The notes under the pieces were generated by a model that was not told the origin of the DNA, did not search any database, and saw only the letters and a list, made by a program, of their open reading frames with translations. From an uncultured Derxia sp. (GTDB lineage Bacteria; Pseudomonadota; Gammaproteobacteria; Burkholderiales; Burkholderiaceae_E): a DNA stretch of 45,517 nt. The number at the start of each line of letters is the position of its first letter. Within the stretch, counting starts at the first letter, position 1. The stretch spans positions 1 through 45,517 of the forward strand of contig CAXBRX010000001.1 in NCBI GenBank assembly GCA_963977835.1, given 5' to 3'. Below are positions 8,760 through 18,047 of this stretch, one piece after another. Both the position numbers and the translations under genes were made by a program.

Positions 8760-8797
8760 GGGCGCGAATACGGGCGATGCGGCGCGACTGCGCGCGC

Positions 8798-9739
8798 TCA
8801 GCGCATGATGACGCCGAACGCGAGCGCGCCGCGACCGACATTGATGCCGGCCGTGAGGCTCATGTGCGATTCGAGCACTTTGACGTCGCGCGCGGCCAGC
8901 CGTTCGCGCAAGGCCTGATAGGGCGCGATCTTTTCGAGCGTCTCGCCGGGCCCGCCGTAACCGACATTGACGATGGGCTCGATCGTGCCCGCTTCGGCGG
9001 AATCGCCGATCACCTCGGCCACCCGTTCGATCGCGGCGTCATAACTGCGCACCTTGGCCCAGGCTTCGGTTTCGCCATTGAAGGCGCGGATGACGGGCTT
9101 CACATCGAGCATCGACCCGAGGGTGTAGCTCATGAAACCGACCGAGCGGTCGTTCTTGCGCTTGGCGCGGGTGTACAGGTACTTGAGATCGTCGGGCACC
9201 ATGAAGCCGACGGTGCGCGAGATCGCGCGTTCGAGCGCCGGGTCGATCGCATTGGGCGTGCCGTGTTCGCGGATGAGCTCGACGAGCCGTGCCGCCTGCA
9301 CGCCCTGGCCGGCAAACAGATTGCGGCTGTCGACGACCTTGACCTGCAACAGCGATTTGATGCCCTTGGCATACCGCCGATTGACCGCTTGTTGCGCGAG
9401 CGAAGCGCAGGCGACACGCGCATTGCGAAAGATGTCGCTGCGCGTGGCGCTGATGGTGAGCACATAGATGACGTCGTAATCGAGCGCCATCTGCCCGAGG
9501 ATGATGTCCTGAAACTCCTCGACCGTGGTCGGCAGGGTTTCGGCGGCATCGGTGCTGTCCCAACCGAGCTCGTTGCCGAAGAAAGACTCGGTGCTCCAGC
9601 GGTCGCGCGCATCCTTCAAGAAGCGGTCCCCGATGCGCACCGTGATGGGGGCGATCTGGATGCCGTGCTCACGCACAAAATCTGCCGGAAGATCGCAGGC
9701 CGAATCGACCAGGATCCCGATACGCGACGCTTCGGTCAT
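8798..9739 (-). CDS. DegV-family (fatty-acid-binding, FakB-like) protein
   Basis: Start trimmed to MTEASRIGILVDSACDLPADFVREHGIQIAPITV, the canonical DegV N-terminus (IxxDSxxDLP). The start lies 5 nt after the scoB stop. Confidence 0.85.
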   Translation of the reverse strand: MTEASRIGILVDSACDLPADFVREHGIQIAPITVRIGDRFLKDARDRWSTESFFGNELGWDSTDAAETLPTTVEEFQDIILGQMALDYDVIYVLTISATRSDIFRNARVACASLAQQAVNRRYAKGIKSLLQVKVVDSRNLFAGQGVQAARLVELIREHGTPNAIDPALERAISRTVGFMVPDDLKYLYTRAKRKNDRSVGFMSYTLGSMLDVKPVIRAFNGETEAWAKVRSYDAAIERVAEVIGDSAEAGTIEPIVNVGYGGPGETLEKIAPYQALRERLAARDVKVLESHMSLTAGINVGRGALAFGVIMR

Positions 9740-9744
9740 TGATG

Positions 9745-10374
9745 TCAGAAGGCGACTGCGCAGCCGGTCTTGCTGCGAATCTCCTCGTGTTCCACGCCGG
9801 GGGCGAGTTCGATGCATTTGAGACCGTCATCGGTCACATCGAACACGCCGAGGTTGGTGATGATGCGATCGACCACGCCCACGCCGGTCAGCGGCAGATC
9901 GCACTTGGGCAGAATCTTGTGCGCATCGGCCTTGGCCGTGTGTTCCATGAGCACGACCACGCGCTGCACGCCGGCCACGAGGTCCATCGCACCGCCCATG
10001 CCCTTGACCATCTTGCCGGGGATCATCCAGTTGGCCAGATCGCCCTGCTCGCTGACTTGCATCGCGCCGAGGATGGACAGATTGACCTTGCCGCCGCGGA
10101 TCATGCCGAAGGAATCGGCGCTATGAAAAAAGCTGCCGCCGGGCAGGATGGTCACGGTCTGTTTGCCGGCATTGATGAGATCGGCATCGATCTCGTCGGC
10201 GGTCGGAAACGGGCCGATGCCGAGCATGCCGTTTTCCGATTGCAGCACCACGCTCATTCCCATCGGAATGTGGTTGGCGACCAGGGTCGGCAGGCCGATG
10301 CCGAGATTGACATAGAAACCGTCTTGCAATTCGCGCGCCGCGCGCGCAGCCATTTCGTCGTGAGACCAGGGCAT
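9745..10374 (-). CDS. scoB: 3-oxoacid CoA-transferase subunit B
   Basis: Start trimmed to [30 protein letters not shown]... Contains the SENG motif (LQSENGMLG) carrying the catalytic glutamate. Length is 209 aa. Confidence 0.92.
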   Translation of the reverse strand: MPWSHDEMAARAARELQDGFYVNLGIGLPTLVANHIPMGMSVVLQSENGMLGIGPFPTADEIDADLINAGKQTVTILPGGSFFHSADSFGMIRGGKVNLSILGAMQVSEQGDLANWMIPGKMVKGMGGAMDLVAGVQRVVVLMEHTAKADAHKILPKCDLPLTGVGVVDRIITNLGVFDVTDDGLKCIELAPGVEHEEIRSKTGCAVAF

Positions 10375-10397
10375 GGTGTTCTCCTCTTGTGTGCGTC

Positions 10398-11096
10398 TCA
10401 GGCGGTGCGGATGGTGCGCTGTTCGATGCGCTTCTCGGGCGTCGGGTTGTGCACCACGCGATGCACATAGATGCCCGGCGTATGAATGTTGTCGGGATCG
10501 AGCTCGCCGATCTCGCACAGGATCTCGACCTCGGCGACTGTGACGCGCCCGGCCATTGCGCACAGCGGATTGAAATTGCGCGCGGTCTTGCGATAGACGA
10601 GATTGCCCGCGCGGTCGCCCTTCCAGGCTTTCACGAGCGCGACGTCGGCCGTCAGGCTGCGTTCCATCACATAGTTGGCGCCGTCGAACTCGCGGGTTTC
10701 CTTGCCTTCGGCCACCAGGGTGCCGTAACCGGTCTTGGTGAAGAAGGCCGGAATGCCGCAACCGCCTGCGCGCAGCTTCTCGGCCAACGTGCCTTGCGGC
10801 GTGAATTCGAGCTCGAGCTCGCCCGACAGATACTGGCGCTCGAACTCCTTGTTCTCGCCCACGTACGACGACACCATCTTCTTGATCTGGCGCGTCGTCA
10901 GCAATTGGCCGAGGCCGAAACCGTCGACGCCGGCATTGTTGGAAATCGCCGTGAGGTTCTTGACGCCGCTATCGCGCAAGGCAGCAATCAAGGCTTCGGG
11001 GATGCCGCACAAGCCGAAGCCGCCGACGGCGAAGGTTTGGCCGTCTTGGACGATGTCGGCGAGCGCCGCCGCCGCGTTGGGGTAGACCTTGTTCAT
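10398..11096 (-). CDS. scoA: 3-oxoacid CoA-transferase subunit A
   Basis: Start trimmed to [34 protein letters not shown]..., the canonical subunit A N-terminus. Length is 232 aa, with a 23-nt gap to scoB. Confidence 0.92.
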   Translation of the reverse strand: MNKVYPNAAAALADIVQDGQTFAVGGFGLCGIPEALIAALRDSGVKNLTAISNNAGVDGFGLGQLLTTRQIKKMVSSYVGENKEFERQYLSGELELEFTPQGTLAEKLRAGGCGIPAFFTKTGYGTLVAEGKETREFDGANYVMERSLTADVALVKAWKGDRAGNLVYRKTARNFNPLCAMAGRVTVAEVEILCEIGELDPDNIHTPGIYVHRVVHNPTPEKRIEQRTIRTA

Positions 11097-11195
11097 TTCC
11101 GCCCGCAGGTGAGGAGTGATCGGAGAACCCCGACGCACGTCGCCGGAGCGCTGGCAGTGTAGCGCAGCAATGCTGCCTCGCAAGACGCGTCGGAA

Positions 11196-12092
11196 TCAGG
11201 GTTTTCGCTCGGACGCCGGCGCTTGTGCAAGGCCGCGCAAACGCTCGCGCCGCGCGGCATCACCGGCGACTTCCGGGTCGTCCTGAAGCAACTGCCAGGC
11301 GCGCGCAAACCAAGGCTGGGCCTCGGCACCGCGCCCGAGAGCCAACAGGTTCTCGCCGATTTCTTCGAACACGAAGCCATCGGCCGAGCCTTGAGCGCTG
11401 TGCTCGGCATCGAGGTCGCGGAGCATCGCGAGCGCCTGCTCGTGCGCGCCGTTGAAGCGCAATTCCCAAGCCACCATCCAGCGCGCAATCTGCACCGTCT
11501 GCGCATTCGCGCCATCGGCCAGCCGCGCCGCGAGCGCTGCCTGGAACGCTGCGAGCGCCTGCGCATGCCGGCCGGCCTCGTGATGCGCCATGCCGATGTT
11601 GTTGAGCAGGCTCGCACGCCAGCGCCGCGCGGCCGGATCGGGCGAGCCCTCGGCCAGGGCCAGAGCGCTCGCATGCCAGGCGTCTTGCGCTTCGGGTGTC
11701 GGCGCAACGATGGCGAGCATGTGCGCCGCATCTACGGCGAGCCGGTCTTCGCCGTGCGCGCGGGCCAAAGACCAAGCGCCGAGGTACAAGGCTTGCGCGG
11801 TCGGTTTGTCGTCGGCATGGATGGCCGAGGCATAGGTGCGCCCGGCTTCGAGCAGCCAGCGTGTGCGCACGCGCGCGCCGTCGCCCTCGAACCGCGGCAC
11901 CAGACCATCGAGCAGCGCACGCGCCTCGGCGAAGCGCCGCCGCAGTCCGAGTGTGCGTGCGATTTGCGTCTGCACTTCGAGAGCAAGCGCCGGCGTCATG
12001 CGCGGGTCGTCGAGCAAGGCGCGAAACCGCGCTTCGGTCCCGGCGGGATCGCCGAAATCCCACAAGGCATCGAAGGCGTTCAGGTCGTCCAT
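11196..12092 (-). CDS. Tetratricopeptide-repeat-like cytoplasmic protein, function unknown; start uncertain (ATG 12092 or GTG 12122)
   Basis: Ala/Leu/Arg-rich helical repeats with no signal peptide. GTG 12122 would overlap the livF stop by 11 nt. ATG 12092 leaves a 19-nt gap. Neither start has a clear Shine-Dalgarno (SD) sequence. Confidence 0.6.
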   Translation of the reverse strand: MDDLNAFDALWDFGDPAGTEARFRALLDDPRMTPALALEVQTQIARTLGLRRRFAEARALLDGLVPRFEGDGARVRTRWLLEAGRTYASAIHADDKPTAQALYLGAWSLARAHGEDRLAVDAAHMLAIVAPTPEAQDAWHASALALAEGSPDPAARRWRASLLNNIGMAHHEAGRHAQALAAFQAALAARLADGANAQTVQIARWMVAWELRFNGAHEQALAMLRDLDAEHSAQGSADGFVFEEIGENLLALGRGAEAQPWFARAWQLLQDDPEVAGDAARRERLRGLAQAPASERKP

Positions 12093-12111
12093 GCCGGCGG
12101 CGGCCTGCGCC

Positions 12112-12834
<723 letters not shown>

Positions 12835-12844
12835 GGAGTCTTCC

Positions 12845-14770
12845 TCAAGCCGCCTGGCCGCCCAGATAGGCTTCGATCACCTTCGGATCGGATTGCACCT
12901 GCGCCGGTTGCCCTTCGGCGATCTTCTGGCCGAAATCGAGCACCGACACCACATCGCAACTGCCCATCACGACATCCATGTGATGCTCGATGAGAATCAC
13001 CGTGATGCCATGGTCGCGGATCTTGCGGATGATCTCGATGAGGTCCTTGATGTCGGGGGCGGTGAGGCCTGCCGCAGGTTCATCAAGCAACAACAGGCGC
13101 GGATCGAGCGCGAGCGCACGCGCGATTTCGAGCATGCGCTGGCGCCCGTAAGGCAGATTGCGCGCTTCTTCGTCCTCGAGCCCGCTCAGGCCGACGAATT
13201 CGAGCAGGCCCCGCGCGCGATCGCGCGCCGCGGCTTCTTCGCGACGCCAGCCCGGCGTATGCAATGCAACGTTGAACAAGCGGCTGCGAAACGTATGGTT
13301 CAAGCCCACGAGCACATTTTCGAGCGCAGTCATTTCGCCGAACAATTGCACGTTCTGAAAGGTGCGCGCGACGCCACTCAAGGCGATCTGCGCCGAGGTG
13401 CGGCCGACGATGGAAGTACTTTCAAATTCGATGCCGCCCGCGGTCGGCACATAAATGCCGGTCAGCACATTCATCATCGTGCTCTTGCCCGAACCGTTCG
13501 GACCGATGAGGCCGTGGATGCTGCCGCGGCGCACGCGCAACTCGACATTGTTGAGCGCCTTCAGGCCGCCGAATTGCATGAGCGCACCGCGCACCTCGAG
13601 GATGAACTCGCCCGCGCCCGCGCGTGCCGACAGCACCGCCGCCTGCGAACCGCTGGCCGCAATCGGTGCTGCCTGCGCACGCCGGCGCAGACGATGCGCG
13701 ATCAGATCGCGCACGAAGCCAATGATGCCGTCTGGCAGGTAGTAAACGACGAACAGGATCATCAGCCCGAAAATGGTCAGGCGCCAGTCGGCGATGGTGT
13801 CGATGCGGAACGCGAACACCGCGAGGCCCACGGTGCCGATGACAGGCACGGCCACACGCGCCAAGTTGGTGGTCTTGCGCACGAGCATGACCACGCCGCC
13901 GATCGTCACCAAGGACGCCAGCGCGGCGGCGGTGTAGCGGAACAAGTCGATGTCATCGAGCAATTGCGGCAGCATCACGACGATGGTGGCGCCCAACAAG
14001 GCGCCGCTGCGCGTCTTGCGCCCGCCCATGATGATGGCGAGCAAAAACAAAATGGTCTGCTCGAAGTTGTAGGTATTGGGCGAAATGTATTGTTCTGAAT
14101 ATGCGTACAACGCCCCGGCCAGCCCTGCGAGCGCGGCGCTGAACACGAAGGCATAGACCTTGTAGCGATAGACCGAAACGCCCATGCAATCGGCCGCGAC
14201 CGGACTGCCGCGCAATGCCTCGAACGCGCGCCCGATGTGCGACTTGAGCACCCGATGCACGACCAGCAGCGTCGCCACCAGCACGGCGGCCACCAGCCAA
14301 TAGAACTCTTTTTCGTCGAGCGCATGGCCGAGCAGCACGGGCTTGTTGAGCTTGATGCCCATCGGTCCTTCGGTGAGGAAGGTCATCTCGTTGATCAGAA
14401 TCTGGATGATGGTGCCGAAGGCCAGCGTCACCATGGCCAGATACGGCCCCGTCACGCGCAACGCAGGCAAAGCGAGCGCCACGCCGAAGGCGGCCGTCAC
14501 CACGATGGCTGCCGGCAGCGTGAGCCAGATCGGCGCCGAAAGCTTGAGCACCAGCACGCCCGCGGTATAGGCGCCGATGCCGAACAAGCCCGCATGGCCG
14601 AGCGAGACCTGGCCGGTGTAGCCGACCACCACATCGAGCCCGAACAACAAAATGGCGTAGATGAGGATGGTGCCGACCAGATGGATGTAATACGTGTTGC
14701 CCGACAACAAAGGAAAGGCCGCGAGCGCGACCAGCCCGAGCAACATGGCGACATTCTTGGCAATGGGCAT
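12845..14770 (-). CDS. Fused LivM-type permease / LivG-type ATP-binding protein (single 641-aa polypeptide)
   Basis: Start trimmed to MPIAKNVAMLLGLVALAAF... The N-terminal half is a polytopic LivM-like permease. The C-terminal half has MQFGGLKALNNV, GPNGSGKST, LPYGRQRMLEIARAL and LLLDEPAAG. The frame is continuous through the junction (...RRRAQAAPIAASGSQAAVLSARAGAGEFILEVRG...). Confidence 0.85.
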   Translation of the reverse strand: MPIAKNVAMLLGLVALAAFPLLSGNTYYIHLVGTILIYAILLFGLDVVVGYTGQVSLGHAGLFGIGAYTAGVLVLKLSAPIWLTLPAAIVVTAAFGVALALPALRVTGPYLAMVTLAFGTIIQILINEMTFLTEGPMGIKLNKPVLLGHALDEKEFYWLVAAVLVATLLVVHRVLKSHIGRAFEALRGSPVAADCMGVSVYRYKVYAFVFSAALAGLAGALYAYSEQYISPNTYNFEQTILFLLAIIMGGRKTRSGALLGATIVVMLPQLLDDIDLFRYTAAALASLVTIGGVVMLVRKTTNLARVAVPVIGTVGLAVFAFRIDTIADWRLTIFGLMILFVVYYLPDGIIGFVRDLIAHRLRRRAQAAPIAASGSQAAVLSARAGAGEFILEVRGALMQFGGLKALNNVELRVRRGSIHGLIGPNGSGKSTMMNVLTGIYVPTAGGIEFESTSIVGRTSAQIALSGVARTFQNVQLFGEMTALENVLVGLNHTFRSRLFNVALHTPGWRREEAAARDRARGLLEFVGLSGLEDEEARNLPYGRQRMLEIARALALDPRLLLLDEPAAGLTAPDIKDLIEIIRKIRDHGITVILIEHHMDVVMGSCDVVSVLDFGQKIAEGQPAQVQSDPKVIEAYLGGQAA

Positions 14771-14775
14771 GAGGC

Positions 14776-15651
14776 TCAAACTTTCTTGATCGCGGTCTTG
14801 CCGAACAATCCGGCCGGACGCGTGGCCAGCACGAGCAGCAACAAGACCAGGCCGGGCACATCCTTGTAGCCGGTCGAGATGTAAAAGCCGGTCGTGGTCT
14901 CGGCGATGCCGAGGATGATGCCGCCGACGACGATGCCCATGCCGCTCGACAGCCCGCCGATGATCGCGACGGCGAAGGCTTTGAGGCCGAGCACCGCGCC
15001 CATGGTCGCGCCCGTCAGCGTGAGCGGCGCGATCAGCACGCCGGCAAATGCCGCCGCGAGCGACGACAACGCATACGAAAACGTGATGACCAGGCCCGTG
15101 TTGATGCCCATGAGGCTGGCCGCGTCGCGGTCGTTGGAGGTGGCGACCACGGCCTTGCCGTAAATCGATTTGCGGTTGAACAATTCGACCGCCGCCATCA
15201 TCAGCAAAGCGCCCAGGATGACCAGCAATTCCATCGGCAGCACATTGGCGCCGAGCAGCTTGATCGGCGCTTCGGGCAGCGGCGAAGGAAACTTGAGATC
15301 GTCGCGGCCCCAAAGGTTTTCGGCGGTGTTCTTGAAGATGATGCCGAGCGCAATGGTCGACATGATCCAGCCGAATTCCGACTTGATGCGCAGCGCGGGC
15401 CGAATCGCAATCCGTTCGACCAGACCGCCTTGCACGAAGCCGAACAGGCAGACCACCGGGATCATCAGCCAATAACTGAGCCCGAGGTTCACCAGTGACA
15501 GGCCGACCAGGCCACCGAGCATCAAAGCTTCGCCCTGGCCGAAATTCAAGGTGCCCGAAGTCGCGAAGGTGAGCTGGTAACCGAAAGCGATCACCGCATA
15601 GATCATCCCGAGCGAGATGCCGCTGTAGATGAGCTGAAGCAAGATTTCCAT
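14776..15651 (-). CDS. livH: Branched-chain amino acid type ABC transporter permease (LivH-like)
   Basis: MEILLQLIYSGISLGMIYAVIAFGYQLTF... is a typical LivH N-terminus. 291 aa, polytopic. Confidence 0.9.
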   Translation of the reverse strand: MEILLQLIYSGISLGMIYAVIAFGYQLTFATSGTLNFGQGEALMLGGLVGLSLVNLGLSYWLMIPVVCLFGFVQGGLVERIAIRPALRIKSEFGWIMSTIALGIIFKNTAENLWGRDDLKFPSPLPEAPIKLLGANVLPMELLVILGALLMMAAVELFNRKSIYGKAVVATSNDRDAASLMGINTGLVITFSYALSSLAAAFAGVLIAPLTLTGATMGAVLGLKAFAVAIIGGLSSGMGIVVGGIILGIAETTTGFYISTGYKDVPGLVLLLLVLATRPAGLFGKTAIKKV

Positions 15652-15714
15652 GAGACCCCGCAGGTGCTGCGCGCCGGCAGCCCGGGGCTGGCCCCGGGCG
15701 CCGACATCGCCGGC

Positions 15715-16926
15715 TTACTTCTTGACGCGCACGCTCGCGCCTTGCGCCTTGTCCTGGTCGTAGGCATACACGACGCGGCCGCCCTTGACCTCGCCGAACA
15801 CCGGGATGTTCGCGGTGATCGCGTCATGGTCGGTCTTGGAGAACGGCTTGTCGTAGCTCGTGACCACGCCGTCGACCTTGGCCTGAAGGTTTTCGAGCGC
15901 GGCGCGGATCTTCGGCCCTTCGGTCGAATTGGCCTGCTTGATGGCCGCCGCGAGCAGATAAACCGAGTCGTAGCCTTGCGCGGCCGAGACCGGCGAATCG
16001 ATGCGGTTGTTCTTGGGCTTGAAGGTGGCCAGATACGCGTCGATGAAGGCCTTGCGCTTGGGCGTGTTGGGCTCCTGGATGAAGGTTTGCGGCATGCGCG
16101 CGCCTTCGCCGCCGGGGCCGGCGTTGTCGATGTAGTTCGCCATCGAGAGCGTCCATGAACCGACCATCGGCACCTTCCAGCCGAGCTTGGTCATGCCGTT
16201 GGCGATCTGGGCGAGTTCAGGCCCGATGCCGTAGGTCAGGATGGCCTCGGCGCCGGCTTCCTTGGCCTTGAGCAACTGGGGCGTCATGTCGACGTCCTTG
16301 ATGTTGAACTTTTCGACCGCGACCGGCTTGATGCCCTTGGCGGCGAGCGCTTTTTCAAGATCTTCGCGGCCGAGCTGGCCGTAGTTGGTCGAGTCGGCCA
16401 GGATCGCGACCTTCTTGAAGCCGCGCCGCGTGATGGCTTCCTCGACGATCATCGGCGCCTGGATGCTGTCCTTGGCCGAATTGCGGAACACATAATTCTC
16501 GGGCTGATCGGCGAATTGCGAAGTGATGACGGTGCCGGTCGCCACATTGTTCATGACCGGAATCTTCGCGTCCTGATAAAAACGTTGCGACGCCAGGGCC
16601 ACGCCGGTGTTGATGTAGCCCACCGTCGCGACGACCTTTTCCTTGTTGATGAGTTCTTGCGCGATCTGCACGCCGCGTTCGTTCTTGGCCTCGTCGTCGC
16701 GCTCGATCAATTCGATCTGCCGGCCGAGCACGCCGCCCGATTTGTTGATTTCGGCGACCGCGAGCCGCACGCCGTCGCGCATGCTCACGCCCATCGACGA
16801 CGAACCGCCGGTGAAGGGGCCCGACACACCGATCTTGATCGGTTCGGCCGCGTAGGCCGGCAGGGCAAGGGAAAGAACTGGGGAAATGACTACCGTGGCC
16901 AGCAAGGCCCTACGTCCGATTCGCAT
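15715..16926 (-). CDS. ABC transporter periplasmic substrate-binding protein (LivK/LivJ-like, Peripla_BP_6)
   Basis: Start trimmed to MRIGRRALLATVVISPVLSLALPAYA|AEPIKIGVSGPFTGG, a signal peptide plus a typical LivK-type mature N-terminus. GGAGA sits 5 nt upstream of the ATG. Confidence 0.85.
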   Translation of the reverse strand: MRIGRRALLATVVISPVLSLALPAYAAEPIKIGVSGPFTGGSSSMGVSMRDGVRLAVAEINKSGGVLGRQIELIERDDEAKNERGVQIAQELINKEKVVATVGYINTGVALASQRFYQDAKIPVMNNVATGTVITSQFADQPENYVFRNSAKDSIQAPMIVEEAITRRGFKKVAILADSTNYGQLGREDLEKALAAKGIKPVAVEKFNIKDVDMTPQLLKAKEAGAEAILTYGIGPELAQIANGMTKLGWKVPMVGSWTLSMANYIDNAGPGGEGARMPQTFIQEPNTPKRKAFIDAYLATFKPKNNRIDSPVSAAQGYDSVYLLAAAIKQANSTEGPKIRAALENLQAKVDGVVTSYDKPFSKTDHDAITANIPVFGEVKGGRVVYAYDQDKAQGASVRVKK

Positions 16927-16931
16927 GCGTG

Positions 16932-16975
16932 TCTCCGTGATCGTGATGAAGTGAAGCATTGAGCACGCACGGAGA
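16932..16975 (-). promoter_or_regulatory. Candidate SD-sequestering hairpin in the leader of the livK-like gene
   Basis: On the minus-strand RNA, TCTCCGTG (rc of 16968..16975) is perfectly complementary to CACGGAGA (rc of 16932..16939). The latter contains the GGAGA ribosome-binding site. The stem is 8 bp and the loop 28 nt. Confidence 0.35.
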
Positions 16976-17081
16976 TCTGTGCCTCCTGCACGGCGTCACG
17001 GCAGACTTTAGGACGAAGCGCGCCCCGTGCTTAATTGGGGTTAGCCAGTAAGCACGACGACGCGCAGGGGATCAGGCGGAT

Positions 17082-17867
17082 TTACTGCGCTGCAAGGCCG
17101 TCGTCGGCGGTGATGGCCGCGCCATTGATGAAATCGGACGCGTCGCTCGCCAACAGCAGGAGCAGGCCATCGAGGTCTTCGGGGCGGCCGATGCGCTTGC
17201 GCGGCAGCATCTGCACGAGGCGCTGGCCGGCTTCGGTCTCCCAATAATCGGCATTGATCTCGGTCTTGATGTAGCCCGGGCAAAGCGCGTTCACGTTGAT
17301 GCCGAAGCGGCCCCATTCGGCCGCCATCGCACGGGTCATGTGGACCACCGCGGCCTTGGTCATGCAATACACGCCGATTTGAGGCAGCACGCGCAGGCCC
17401 GCCACGCTTGCGATGTTGATGATGCGTGCATGCGGCGTATGGCCGGGCGCCACGCCCTTGGCACGCGCGATCATGCGCTTGCCGACTTCCTGCGCGACGA
17501 AGAACGCGCCGCGGGTGTTGGTCGACATCAGGTCGTCGTAATCATCGGGCGTGACGTCCTGCAGACGGCTGGTGCGCGAAATGCCCGAGTTGTTCACCAA
17601 AATGTCGATCGGGCCGGCCTCGGTCTCGGCATGCGCGACCGCCGCACGGATCGATTCCACGCTCGTCACGTCGAGCGCGACCGCATGCGCCTGGCCGCCT
17701 TCGGATTCGATCTCGGCGCGCAATTCCTTGAGCCGATCGAGACGGCGCGATGCGATCACGACCTGGGCTCCGGCCCCGGCCAGCACACGCGCGAACCGTG
17801 CGCCCAGGCCGCTCGATGCGCCGGTGATGAATGCGGTCTTGCCTTCGAGCGTCGTTTCGATCGCCAT
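17082..17867 (-). CDS. SDR-family oxidoreductase (classical short-chain dehydrogenase)
   Basis: Start trimmed to MAIETTLEGKTAFITGASSGLGARFA (TGxxxGxG). YCMTKAA supplies the YxxxK catalytic motif. Length is 261 aa. Confidence 0.85.
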   Translation of the reverse strand: MAIETTLEGKTAFITGASSGLGARFARVLAGAGAQVVIASRRLDRLKELRAEIESEGGQAHAVALDVTSVESIRAAVAHAETEAGPIDILVNNSGISRTSRLQDVTPDDYDDLMSTNTRGAFFVAQEVGKRMIARAKGVAPGHTPHARIINIASVAGLRVLPQIGVYCMTKAAVVHMTRAMAAEWGRFGINVNALCPGYIKTEINADYWETEAGQRLVQMLPRKRIGRPEDLDGLLLLLASDASDFINGAAITADDGLAAQ

Positions 17868-18047
17868 GACTTCAGTCTCCGAGTAACGTCCGCCACACGC
17901 GGACGCGGTCGATGATCGCATACAATCCAGGCCGCCCCGGCGCCAGCGCAGGCCATGTGCCTCGAAGCGCCAAGGGCCATGCGATTGGATTGCGGGCTCT
18001 ATGCGCCGCACCGAGAATCGCGCGCTAATACGCTACGGAGACAGCGC

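Noticed and set aside
12845-15472. The 875-aa ORF as given in the track, and similar N-terminal extensions of many minus-strand ORFs (for example 9745..10761, 10398..11183, 17082..18011, 25718..27334, 27220..29328, 29255..29692 and 7241..8299).
   Set aside because: The upstream parts overlap the preceding genes and have Arg/Pro-rich nonsense composition. Canonical family N-termini with SD sequences occur at internal start codons, so the CDS coordinates were trimmed to those.
17887-17905. The inverted repeat CGTCCGC-cacac-GCGGACG in the SDR / ETF-QO divergent region, considered as a regulator binding site.
   Set aside because: It is a single 7-bp GC-rich repeat, no adjacent regulator gene lies in the window, and no known motif is recognisable. 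Evidence is insufficient.
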